Shown here piece by piece: positions 25,166 to 32,243 of a stretch of DNA of 64,000 nt. The notes under the pieces were generated by a model. That model was given only the letters and a program-made list of their open reading frames with translations. It did not search any database and had not been told where the DNA came from. The DNA lies in NCBI GenBank assembly GCA_904501765.1, contig CAJGCM010000001.1:7257-71256 (forward strand), given 5' to 3'. This DNA is from an uncultured Clostridia bacterium (GTDB lineage Bacteria > Bacillota > Clostridia > Oscillospirales > CAG-272). How positions within the stretch are numbered: the stretch's first letter is position 1; each line of letters begins with the position of its first letter. The position numbers were made by a program, and so were the translations under genes.

Positions 25166-25366
25166 TTCAGCCTTTTTCCTCGCTCTCCTTCTCTTTCTCC
25201 ATTTACGGAGCTTCGCGATCAATCGGACAATAGCCCACATGATCAATATGCATACTAACAAATCGCCGAATATCACGAGCATGCTTCCACCGCCTATAAT
25301 TAGAACGATAGCCAACGCTATCGCGACCACTAGCAATAAGAATAGTAGTATTGCAAAACTAATCAT
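25163..25366 (-). CDS. Small membrane protein (67 aa) with basic tail
   Basis: Two hydrophobic stretches, C-terminus KLRKWRKRRRARKKAE. Confidence 0.55.
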   Translation of the reverse strand: MISFAILLFLLLVVAIALAIVLIIGGGSMLVIFGDLLVCILIMWAIVRLIAKLRKWRKRRRARKKAE

Positions 25367-25380
25367 ACCGTTTCCTCCTT

Positions 25381-25413
25381 TCTCTCATAAAAGGAAGTGT
25401 TATCACCGCGAAA
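25381..25413 (-). promoter_or_regulatory. Conserved promoter-like motif
   Basis: Minus strand: TTTCGCGGTGATAACACTTCCTTTTATGAGAGA. Confidence 0.55.
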
Positions 25414-25425
25414 GGTGGGACTATG

Positions 25426-25785
25426 TTATATGTCCCGTCTGTCAAAGCAGGTTTCCCAGCGTTCTTTAGGTAGAGGTTTCATCTTCAAAGCCCACATTAT
25501 TTGGCGGATTGTGATCGTCGGGAACACGCCGTCCTTACACTCGCCAGAGCGATCATCGAACAACGTCTTGAATTTTGGATGTAGATATAACGAATCGGTG
25601 AGCCACGGATCGATCTCACTCCACCAGGTTTGTTTTGTGTCTGAATCAAACCGCTGCTGTATAACTGCCAGTCCTCGACTACCCATTTTGAATAATGTAC
25701 AGCTATCATAGGCTGGGTGGTCGCAAATATGTATGTCTCCGTACATAGACGAATACAGAGCAGGTTTTTCATAGTGATATCTCAT
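25426..25785 (-). CDS. Hypothetical protein (119 aa)
   Basis: ORF with AGGAGGTGAG upstream. No motif recognised. Confidence 0.55.
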   Translation of the reverse strand: MRYHYEKPALYSSMYGDIHICDHPAYDSCTLFKMGSRGLAVIQQRFDSDTKQTWWSEIDPWLTDSLYLHPKFKTLFDDRSGECKDGVFPTITIRQIMWALKMKPLPKERWETCFDRRDI

Positions 25786-25800
25786 AACTCACCTCCTGAC

Positions 25801-25828
25801 TAAAAGTGAAGAGTCCCCGTAGGAACTC
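25801..25828 (-). terminator. Weak terminator-like hairpin
   Basis: Imperfect GAGT(C)CC / GG(A)ACTC hairpin followed on the minus strand by TTCACTTTTA. Confidence 0.35.
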
Positions 25829-25843
25829 CCCATCTTGTAGATT

Positions 25844-26056
25844 TTAGACGATTTTACTCACGTACAATATGTAGTTCACCATCAATATCGGCCACAATAC
25901 CGTCCAAGCTACGATACCGAGCAGCCATGACCACGAGTGTGTCAGGAAATCCTTCCAGTCAAATCTCGCGCCCTTGGCGACAATCAGTACGATCCCGGCG
26001 ATGTTCATAACCAACCACGCGGTAATACCAATAAGAATATATGTAAATAAAAACAT
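25844..26056 (-). CDS. Small membrane protein (70 aa)
   Basis: Trimmed to ATG 26056 (MFLFTYILIGITAWLVMNIAGIVLIVA...) after AAAGGAGA. 2-3 TM helices. Confidence 0.55.
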   Translation of the reverse strand: MFLFTYILIGITAWLVMNIAGIVLIVAKGARFDWKDFLTHSWSWLLGIVAWTVLWPILMVNYILYVSKIV

Positions 26057-26066
26057 ATTGTCATCT

Positions 26067-26098
26067 CCTTTCATAAAGGAGGATGTTTTAAACGCGAG
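26067..26098 (-). promoter_or_regulatory. Conserved promoter-like motif
   Basis: Minus strand: CTCGCGTTTAAAACATCCTCCTTTATGAAAGG. Confidence 0.5.
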
Positions 26099-26127
26099 AT
26101 AAAAGAAACAGCCCTTGCGGACTGCCC

Positions 26128-26307
26128 TCACAGATACTCTTCCATTTCTTCTGCGATTTCTTGTGCTACTTCAGCACCCATCTTTGCGTAATTCTTGATG
26201 AATTCCTTAGACATATACTGTTTCATCATGATTTTCATCATAATATACCCAGCTAGTGTCTGTGCAACCACTAAAACTACTGCAAATACTACAGCTTCTA
26301 ATAACAT
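26128..26307 (-). CDS. Small membrane protein (59 aa)
   Basis: Own translation: MLLEAVVFAVVLVVAQTLAGYIMMKIMMKQYMSKEFIKNYAKMGAEVAQEIAEEMEEYL. GGAGA 8 nt upstream. Confidence 0.5.
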   Translation of the reverse strand: MLLEAVVFAVVLVVAQTLAGYIMMKIMMKQYMSKEFIKNYAKMGAEVAQEIAEEMEEYL

Positions 26308-26335
26308 TTCAATCGTCTCCTTATGGAATGTATTT

Positions 26336-26370
26336 TCTCTCCATAATAGAAGATGTTTCTGACACGAGAA
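26336..26370 (-). promoter_or_regulatory. Conserved promoter-like motif
   Basis: Minus strand: TTCTCGTGTCAGAAACATCTTCTATTATGGAGAGA. Confidence 0.6.
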
Positions 26371-26410
26371 AAAGTAAAGGAGGCGCCGTAGCGTCCCCGT
26401 TACTTGGAAC

Positions 26411-26485
26411 TTAATCCTTCTTTACACTACTGAAGACTAGTGCACAACCGCATACTATCAGTATAACTCCGATTAGTAATACCAT
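26411..26485 (-). CDS. Candidate 24-aa hydrophobic micropeptide
   Basis: Own translation: MVLLIGVILIVCGCALVFSSVKKD. GGGGAGGAAA upstream. Has its own promoter motif and a downstream hairpin. Confidence 0.35.
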   Translation of the reverse strand: MVLLIGVILIVCGCALVFSSVKKD

Positions 26486-26515
26486 ATTACATTTCCTCCC
26501 CTTGTAAATAAATAT

Positions 26516-26548
26516 CATTCCATAATAGGAGGGGTATTTGTCGCGATT
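26516..26548 (-). promoter_or_regulatory. Conserved promoter-like motif
   Basis: Minus strand: AATCGCGACAAATACCCCTCCTATTATGGAATG. Confidence 0.6.
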
Positions 26549-26617
26549 ACCTTCCTTTGCTCAGATCCAAAAGGAAGAGGCTGTGTTTCCACAACCCCTT
26601 GCCTCGGTCCGTCGTTC

Positions 26618-27001
26618 TCACTTCTTGTGGAACAATCTCTGAACAAAGTTTCTTCCAGATTGCGTAGTGATCGTGCCGGTTTCTTCAAACTTAAGTGAAA
26701 CCTTGGTACCCCAAATCGTAACTACCAACGGCAATACGACTCCGGCCGCGCCGATGATGTTTTTCACGATCCGATCTCTTCGTTCCTCGCGCATCTGCTG
26801 TACTTTCAAAGTCTGCTCGCTTTCTCTAGCAGCAGCCTTATCCTTACAGTCGATGTCGACTTTCTCGATCTCGATTGCTTTATCCATCAGCTTGGCCAAA
26901 CCATCAACTGTGGTGCGATACTTTTCGGAGCCAGGCTCCATCGTACTCAGTTTGTCAAACTCCGATTCGATCTCAGTGTGCAATAAAGCTTCAATGCTCA
27001 T
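26618..27001 (-). CDS. Hypothetical coiled-coil protein with C-terminal TM (127 aa)
   Basis: Charged helical N-terminal part, then NIIGAAGVVLPLVVTIWG. Confidence 0.6.
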   Translation of the reverse strand: MSIEALLHTEIESEFDKLSTMEPGSEKYRTTVDGLAKLMDKAIEIEKVDIDCKDKAAARESEQTLKVQQMREERRDRIVKNIIGAAGVVLPLVVTIWGTKVSLKFEETGTITTQSGRNFVQRLFHKK

Positions 27002-27033
27002 CTCAATCGTCTCCTTTCAGATATTTCGAACTT

Positions 27034-27070
27034 CACGTTCCATAATAGCGACTGTTATTTGTGCGAATCC
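27034..27070 (-). promoter_or_regulatory. Conserved promoter-like motif
   Basis: Minus strand: GGATTCGCACAAATAACAGTCGCTATTATGGAACGTG. Confidence 0.6.
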
Positions 27071-27294
27071 TGGCGAATAGTTTTAATGATAAAAGCCGCC
27101 TTCGACATCGATGCGAGCTCTTCCATCGGTACTGTTGGCACTAAATACGGATACTGGCTTCCATCGTGATCGCTCGTGATAATATAGATAGTACCTTTAG
27201 CTCCGCTTTGTTTGCCAGCTTTACCTAGCAGATAGCCTAGCACGAACGCTATAGTAACTGCTATGAATGCTATTACCATAAATCCCGCTTCCAT
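27055..27294 (-). CDS. Small membrane-anchored protein (79 aa)
   Basis: N-terminal TM FMVIAFIAVTIAFVLGYLLG. GGAGATCAAAATGG start context. A ~130-nt leader without the canonical motif. Confidence 0.55.
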   Translation of the reverse strand: MEAGFMVIAFIAVTIAFVLGYLLGKAGKQSGAKGTIYIITSDHDGSQYPYLVPTVPMEELASMSKAAFIIKTIRQDSHK

Positions 27295-27499
27295 TTTGAT
27301 CTCCTTTCAAATTGTTTTTCTAAAATTCTCCCCCGGGATTTTTTTTCACATTACAAATTTATCACCCTTTCTGGTAACCTACGTACGGGTCTTTTAAGTT
27401 AGGTTAAAAATATGTATTCTAGATTAGTTTCGTTCGAACCTAAAAAGAAAAGAGTCTGAGATTACTCCCAGACCCTCATCTTTGTGTGACAATTAATAA

Positions 27500-27607
27500 T
27501 TAACCATTCTCCATCATCTCGATAGCCTCTTTACGAGTCATCAGCATGCCATTACACCAGACCATCTCGTTCATGTCGATAGTCTCATTAGCGTTAGCGT
27601 GATCCAT
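27500..27607 (-). CDS. Candidate 35-aa peptide
   Basis: Own translation: MDHANANETIDMNEMVWCNGMLMTRKEAIEMMENG. GGAGG 7 nt upstream. Promoter motif at 27646-27678. Confidence 0.4.
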   Translation of the reverse strand: MDHANANETIDMNEMVWCNGMLMTRKEAIEMMENG

Positions 27608-27645
27608 AATCGTACCTCCTTTTGATTTTGTTTTTAATATATTAT

Positions 27646-27678
27646 CTTGTCATAAAACAAGTTGTTTTTCGCGAATTT
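27646..27678 (-). promoter_or_regulatory. Conserved promoter-like motif
   Basis: Minus strand: AAATTCGCGAAAAACAACTTGTTTTATGACAAG. Confidence 0.5.
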
Positions 27679-27907
27679 ACTCTGCGTCCTTCTTAGCAAG
27701 GTATAAGTAATACTCGAGATCGGTAACAGCATCTTGGAGTTGTTGAGCAGTTCGCTTTGTATCTCCTATCGCTTCCTCAAGACTAACTACATCGAATACA
27801 TTCACGTCATTATATATCTGCTCTGTATCGTCTTTTAGTAAGTTTACTAAACCTCGCGACAGTCTAGCTTTACCTCGCATCACCATTTTTAATTCTTGTA
27901 TATCCAT
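27677..27907 (-). CDS. Hypothetical helical protein (76 aa)
   Basis: GGAGGGCGTCAAAATGG start context. No motif recognised. Confidence 0.55.
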   Translation of the reverse strand: MDIQELKMVMRGKARLSRGLVNLLKDDTEQIYNDVNVFDVVSLEEAIGDTKRTAQQLQDAVTDLEYYLYLAKKDAE

Positions 27908-27981
27908 TTTGACGCCCTCCTATATACTGAAAAGAGAAGAGGTTCTGTTCAACCTCCGCTCTTGTCTTTGTCATTAGTCGA

Positions 27982-28041
27982 TTAGACAATGTATGCAATC
28001 GCTGCTGCAATACCCATTGCTGCTGCAATAATTCCAAACAT
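27982..28041 (-). CDS. Candidate 19-aa hydrophobic micropeptide
   Basis: Own translation: MFGIIAAAMGIAAAIAYIV. GGAGA 6 nt upstream. Promoter motif at 28066-28099. Hairpin AGAGGTTC/GAACCTC downstream. Confidence 0.3.
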   Translation of the reverse strand: MFGIIAAAMGIAAAIAYIV

Positions 28042-28065
28042 AGCCGATCTCCTTTCAAAACTAAT

Positions 28066-28099
28066 ATTTCTCATAATAGCGATTGTTATTTTCGCGCGG
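28066..28099 (-). promoter_or_regulatory. Conserved promoter-like motif
   Basis: Minus strand: CCGCGCGAAAATAACAATCGCTATTATGAGAAAT. Confidence 0.6.
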
Positions 28100-28505
28100 T
28101 GTTTAGTAACCAAAAGAACTTCCTATAGCGATCATAGTACATGTCTTTTCCACACGGAATGTTTAATCTAGTTTTTAAGTATGTGTAAGAGAGATTCTCC
28201 GTAACTGCTTTTAATATGTATTGCCACAGATAGTTGTCGGCTTCCCTAGCGACTTTCTCGACCATTTCGATGCGTTCTGTAAGCTGCGCTTTAGCAATGG
28301 CTCGTCTAGCTGTAGGATCTCCAGGAAGATTACCAGACGATATACTCTCGAACGATGATGTCGATATATTCGGACTATCGAGTTCCATATAGGTCTTCTT
28401 CCATTTGGGGTATTGCAAACAGAAGTGTTTTAGTTCATAGTGACGATGCTTATCGATATGATACTTGTTTTTAATAGAAAGCTCTGGTCTAATAACCGTA
28501 GCCAT
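28086..28505 (-). CDS. Putative sigma-like / late-transcription regulator (RinA/ArpU or Tn916-Orf7-like class)
   Basis: 139 aa. RHYELKHFCLQYPKWKK and the C-terminal LSYTYLKTRLNIPCGKDMYYDRYRKFFWLL resemble small phage and conjugative-transposon sigma-region-4-like activators (from memory, unverified). Confidence 0.4.
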   Translation of the reverse strand: MATVIRPELSIKNKYHIDKHRHYELKHFCLQYPKWKKTYMELDSPNISTSSFESISSGNLPGDPTARRAIAKAQLTERIEMVEKVAREADNYLWQYILKAVTENLSYTYLKTRLNIPCGKDMYYDRYRKFFWLLNTARK

Positions 28506-28511
28506 TTTGAC

Positions 28512-28649
28512 TCACTCTCCTTTAATGTAATCCTCATAAACTTCTATATATTGTTTAATCTGTGAAACCCTATTCTTTAATTTAGCGATTTCTTTTTCTT
28601 GCATTAGAATCAACCCCACTAACTCTGCTATTATCTCGTCTTTGGTCAT
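28512..28649 (-). CDS. Candidate 45-aa coiled-coil peptide
   Basis: Own translation: MTKDEIIAELVGLILMQEKEIAKLKNRVSQIKQYIEVYEDYIKGE. Overlaps the 3' end of 28582..28776 in another frame. Confidence 0.35.
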   Translation of the reverse strand: MTKDEIIAELVGLILMQEKEIAKLKNRVSQIKQYIEVYEDYIKGE

Positions 28650-28776
28650 TACCAATCAGTCCCTTCTTCGCTAATATACTAACAAAACGCTCTGTGGCAT
28701 TGCGTATGTTTTCTCTCTGTTCCTCAGTTGGTTCTGTTATATATACTATCGCGTTCTCATAAACGTATTCACGCAT
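28582..28776 (-). CDS. Small hypothetical protein (64 aa), first gene of the leftward operon at the switch
   Basis: MREYVYENAIVYITEPTEEQRENIRNATERF... It is divergent from the repressor gene. No HTH seen. Confidence 0.5.
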   Translation of the reverse strand: MREYVYENAIVYITEPTEEQRENIRNATERFVSILAKKGLIGNDQRRDNSRVSGVDSNARKRNR

Positions 28777-28816
28777 TCTTTCTGCCCCTTTTTATTATGC
28801 TAAAAACGTTATTTAA

Positions 28817-28831
28817 AACGCTAAAAGCGTT
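28817..28831. promoter_or_regulatory. Operator-like perfect palindrome in the divergent promoter region
   Basis: AACGCT-AAA-AGCGTT. Further half-sites AACGCT (28871-28876) and AGCGTT (28901-28906), plus AACGTT at 28805-28810. Confidence 0.5.
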
Positions 28832-28946
28832 AATCTAGATTAAATATTACTATCCTAGAATAGCTTTGTCAACGCTTTGTGGGTTTTCTTTTGCATTTTT
28901 AGCGTTTTTAGTGTAAGTTATTAGATACAGTAAAGGGGGTGATGAG

Positions 28947-29309
28947 TTGGTAAACGGCAACAAAAATATTTTGTCTAAGAATCTAAAAAAGTATATATCT
29001 AAAAGCGGAAAGGATCGAGGTAAGATCGCAGAGGAGCTGGGTCTATCCTATTCCACACTGACTGATTGGATTAACGGTAACAAATATCCGCGGATAAATA
29101 ACGTTGAGAAACTGGCGACATATTTCGGAGTTTCCAAGTCAGATTTGATTGAAGATTTTGAGGAAATAAAAAAAGACAATGACAGACTGGTCGCCATCAT
29201 TGTCAAGCTACGAACAAATAAAGATTTAGTAAATGTCGTAGAAAAATTATCTAGTCTTGATAAAACAAAGTTGGAGCAGTTAAGCCGCTTCTTGGATGCT
29301 ATTATCTAG
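28947..29309 (+). CDS. XRE/CI-like HTH repressor
   Basis: HTH_3 pattern LSKNLKKYISKSGKDRGKIAEELGLSYSTLTDWINGNKYPRINNVEKLATYFGVSKSDL. TTG start after AAAGGGGG. Plus strand, divergent from the phage genes. Confidence 0.8.
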   Translation: MVNGNKNILSKNLKKYISKSGKDRGKIAEELGLSYSTLTDWINGNKYPRINNVEKLATYFGVSKSDLIEDFEEIKKDNDRLVAIIVKLRTNKDLVNVVEKLSSLDKTKLEQLSRFLDAII

Positions 29310-29498
29310 AAGTTGAGATATTAGGTCGAGAAGCGCTAAGTCGTTACACAGATTCATTTGTTCAATGATTTGAGCGATGTACATTTCTTTCAATAGAAAC
29401 TCTCCTTGTCGTCCGGGGCAGAACGAATGTTCTAAAGTATTATAAAAGAAGAAATTGTCAGACACAACAAGAAATACTTACCAAAAGGGGAAATTAAC

Positions 29499-31136
29499 AT
29501 GTATAAGGAATATCCAACATTTTATAATTTCGAAACCTTAGAATATGACAGGAAATCTCGTTTCGATGATCCGTACCTATCGGTTGACGAGGTTTTAGAG
29601 AAACACACTAGAATGATAGAAGAGTATGCTAAGAAATATCTAAGCGGACCCATACCAGAGCATCATAAGTATAAGGAGGTCGGAAGTGGCGAGTCAATCG
29701 ACGATCGCCCGGAAATGCTCCGTTTACTCAAAGCAATAGAGAATCCGAAAATAAAAGCAATAATAGTAGTCGACGTACAGCGTTTGAGCCGTGGAGACTT
29801 GGAGGATGCCGGTAGACTTATAAAACTTCTTCGTTATACTAATACGTTCGTAATCACACCATATAAAACATATGATCTACGAGACGAGTTCGACCGTGAC
29901 GCCTTTGAACGTGAGCTGAAACGTGGTAATGAATACTTGAACTATTTCAAGAAGATATCACTGCGCGGTAAGCTCGACAGCGTCCGTGAAGGAAACTATA
30001 TAGGGTCCGTTCCCCCATACGGATTCAATAGAATAATAAAAGAGAATGGCAAGAAAATATGTCATACCCTCGAAGAACGAAAGGATCAGGCGGATGTAGT
30101 TCGATTAATATTCGAATGGTATTGTAATGGCGATATTGGGGCAACTGCGATATGCAGAAAACTAGAAAGTATGCATATCAAGACGCCAGGTGGAAAGGAC
30201 TGCTGGAAGTCCGGTATGATCTTCTCCATCTTAGAAAATATACACTATATAGGATGCGTTAGATGGGATTGGCGTAAGACCATAAAGATAATCAAAGACC
30301 AGGAAATTAAGGAGATGCGCCCAAAAGCCAAAATCGGGGAGTATCTGATTTTTAATGGCAAACATGATGGTATAGTTTCGGAGGAGCTGTTTAATCGAGC
30401 CAAGGAGGTACGGGGTAACAGACATCGAGCACGGACAGACACCACCTTGAAAAACCCTCTTAGCGGAGTGTTGATTTGTAAAGCATGCGGAGGGAAAATG
30501 GGGTATAACACCTATAGAAGAAAGGGGGTCGAGTACGCTAAACCTCGAGTAATGTGCCACAACCAGGTTCATTGTAAAACAGGCTCGGCTATATACGAAG
30601 AGGTACTGGAACGCGTCTGCGACTCCCTTAGTGAAATTATAGACGATTTTGAAGTGCGTGTCGAGAATCAAAAGGACGACTCGAGTAAGCTGCACGCAGA
30701 TTTAATAGAGCGCCTGGAGAAAAAACTTGCTGATTTGGAAATTAAGGAGAAGCTTCAATGGGAGGCCAAACACCATCCCGATCCTGATGAACGTATGCCG
30801 ACACATATATTCAAGGATCTAAACGAGAAACTGTTAAAAGAGAGGGCTGAAATAAACGAAGCTTTGTGCGACGCTAAGGATGCGATGCCAGAGCCTATAG
30901 ACTATCGCAAACGAGCCGTTACGTTTAGAGAGACATTAGAAATAATAAAAGACCCTGACATAGACGCGTCTATAAAAAATATGCATTTGAAAGATATTAT
31001 AGAGAAGATCGAGTATACTAGACCGCCTAATGTGAAGATTACAAATGAGAATAAAGGTGAGCTAGGATATGCCAAACTTGGAAGAAAAAACATGTTTCAT
31101 AGCGAACCGTTCGAAATAACAATATTCATCAAGTAA
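29499..31136 (+). CDS. int: Large serine recombinase (integrase)
   Basis: Resolvase catalytic region YDRKSRFDD ... IIVVDVQRLSRGD. Recombinase domain with PPYGF. Zinc ribbon CKACGGKM ... C ... C. C-terminal coiled coil. Confidence 0.9.
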   Translation: MYKEYPTFYNFETLEYDRKSRFDDPYLSVDEVLEKHTRMIEEYAKKYLSGPIPEHHKYKEVGSGESIDDRPEMLRLLKAIENPKIKAIIVVDVQRLSRGDLEDAGRLIKLLRYTNTFVITPYKTYDLRDEFDRDAFERELKRGNEYLNYFKKISLRGKLDSVREGNYIGSVPPYGFNRIIKENGKKICHTLEERKDQADVVRLIFEWYCNGDIGATAICRKLESMHIKTPGGKDCWKSGMIFSILENIHYIGCVRWDWRKTIKIIKDQEIKEMRPKAKIGEYLIFNGKHDGIVSEELFNRAKEVRGNRHRARTDTTLKNPLSGVLICKACGGKMGYNTYRRKGVEYAKPRVMCHNQVHCKTGSAIYEEVLERVCDSLSEIIDDFEVRVENQKDDSSKLHADLIERLEKKLADLEIKEKLQWEAKHHPDPDERMPTHIFKDLNEKLLKERAEINEALCDAKDAMPEPIDYRKRAVTFRETLEIIKDPDIDASIKNMHLKDIIEKIEYTRPPNVKITNENKGELGYAKLGRKNMFHSEPFEITIFIK

Positions 31137-31140
31137 CGAG

Positions 31141-31170
31141 AAAGCCCGCCACAATGGGCTTTTTCTTTTT
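31141..31170 (+). terminator. Intrinsic terminator of the integrase gene
   Basis: AAAGCCC-gccacaat-GGGCTTT followed by TTCTTTTTC. Confidence 0.7.
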
Positions 31171-31367
31171 CGGGCACATGAATGGGCGGATTCTTCCGGG
31201 TCTACATGTGACCGAAAGTCATGTAACTCTATTTTGACTGGTTGAAAAGAAGAGACCATGCGGCTCGTCCAATTAACCATTAAGTCACTCACGTACCTCG
31301 AGTCGGGTTCCCAACCCCTTCAAGTGGCGACACATGTTCTCAGAGTATACCGTCCCTTCATATACTC

Positions 31368-31403
31368 GTCTCTCCATAATACAACGTGTTTATCACGCGA
31401 CAA
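31368..31403 (-). promoter_or_regulatory. Conserved promoter-like motif with no ORF behind it, convergent with int
   Basis: Minus strand: TTGTCGCGTGATAAACACGTTGTATTATGGAGAGAC. The longest ORF downstream starting after it is 13 codons. Confidence 0.6.
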
Positions 31404-31431
31404 AAAGAAAAGAGCCCTTGATCAGGACTCA
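31402..31431 (-). terminator. Intrinsic terminator
   Basis: Minus strand: GAGTCC-tgatcaa-GGGCTC-TTTTCTTTTT. Confidence 0.6.
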
Positions 31432-31652
31432 TCCAGTTGGTCAATAGCTTCGTAGATCCCTTCGGCAAAAGTCGTAGATACCATTTCTAATATCTCCTCA
31501 TGGGATGGCGGATCTGATTCGAGTCCATAGATGATCATTATCGCTTGTAAAACCGCGACATAGTCTCTTGCTACTCGACGTAGATCTTTTTCCATCCCTG
31601 CTGGGAGTTTCTTCTTTACTGGAAACATATAAACTTTAGCCATTTTGACCAT
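31422..31652 (-). CDS. Hypothetical protein (73-76 aa)
   Basis: MVKMAKVYMFPVKKKLPAGMEKDL... The start may be 31643 (TCAAAATGG context). Confidence 0.55.
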   Translation of the reverse strand: MVKMAKVYMFPVKKKLPAGMEKDLRRVARDYVAVLQAIMIIYGLESDPPSHEEILEMVSTTFAEGIYEAIDQLDES

Positions 31653-31666
31653 TCCTTTCCACTATT

Positions 31667-31700
31667 TTCCTTCCATAAAAGGGGCTGTTTCTGGGGCGAG
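31667..31700 (-). promoter_or_regulatory. Conserved promoter-like motif
   Basis: Minus strand: CTCGCCCCAGAAACAGCCCCTTTTATGGAAGGAA. Confidence 0.55.
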
Positions 31701-31744
31701 TCGCCTTAGTCTCAGCGGAACTTCGGAGAAAAAAGAAAAGAAGG

Positions 31745-31824
31745 TGGGTAGTGTGGGATTCGAACCCACGACGTTGAGGCTGTCCTCTTACTCTTCCATT
31801 AGAGCTAACCGTCTTAACTATCCC
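31745..31824 (-). ncRNA. tRNA-like element (perfect T-arm, no canonical anticodon arm), candidate small RNA or degenerate tRNA
   Basis: Minus strand: GGGATAGT ... GCTC-taatggaa-GAGT ... GAGG-acag-CCTC ... GTGGG-TTCGAAT-CCCAC-ACTACCC-A, then CCTTCTTTTCTTTTTTC. The acceptor pairs only with a bulged A. I could not find a 5-bp/7-nt anticodon stem-loop. Confidence 0.4.
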
Positions 31825-31860
31825 AAGACCACTCCGATACTTTAAGTACGGGAATGGTGC

Positions 31861-31894
31861 TTCCTTCCATAATAGGACTTGTTTCTGTGACGAA
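31861..31894 (-). promoter_or_regulatory. Conserved promoter-like motif driving the tRNA-like element
   Basis: Minus strand: TTCGTCACAGAAACAAGTCCTATTATGGAAGGAA. Confidence 0.6.
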
Positions 31895-31918
31895 AAAAAT
31901 AAAAAGGAAAAGCATCAG

Positions 31919-32059
31919 CTACTCCGCATATACCGTCACTGTAGTTTCCTTAATATGATCAATTTCTTTAACTTCATCTTTCATAAATTGGTTTACAAAA
32001 CCGTATATATCCATAGCCAATACCATGCCTGCTAATGTAACTACCAAAAACTTTTTCAT
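31919..32059 (-). CDS. Small secreted or membrane peptide (46 aa)
   Basis: Trimmed to ATG 32059 (MKKFLVVTLAGMVLAMDIYGFVNQF...) after GGAGGGA. Confidence 0.45.
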   Translation of the reverse strand: MKKFLVVTLAGMVLAMDIYGFVNQFMKDEVKEIDHIKETTVTVYAE

Positions 32060-32086
32060 GATAAATCCCTCCAAAGTTTGTAATAG

Positions 32087-32119
32087 TTTCTCATAAGAGG
32101 GCATGTTCCTGGTGCGATC
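32087..32119 (-). promoter_or_regulatory. Conserved promoter-like motif, weaker copy
   Basis: Minus strand: GATCGCACCAGGAACATGCCCTCTTATGAGAAA. Confidence 0.45.
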
Positions 32120-32243
32120 TACTCTATTTTGACACAATCTTAGTATCTATGAAGCTTCGTAAATAAAACGAAAAGGGCCTGGAGGAGCAATGAACTCTCC
32201 AAGCAGCGGTATCACTTAAGATACTACATTCGTGTCTCACTAC

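Noticed and set aside
27401-27440. Possible additional copy of the promoter motif upstream of 27055..27294.
   Set aside because: Only loose similarity (…GTTTCGTTCGAA / AAAAATA…) with the wrong spacing, so it was not counted.
29280-29465. 61-aa minus-strand ORF between the repressor and the integrase.
   Set aside because: It has a GTG start without an SD and overlaps the repressor 3' end antisense. This is more likely non-coding promoter or possible att DNA.
31062-31292. 76-aa minus-strand ORF overlapping the integrase 3' end.
   Set aside because: It overlaps int by ~75 nt and spans the int terminator hairpin, and it has no SD. The region is better explained as non-coding.
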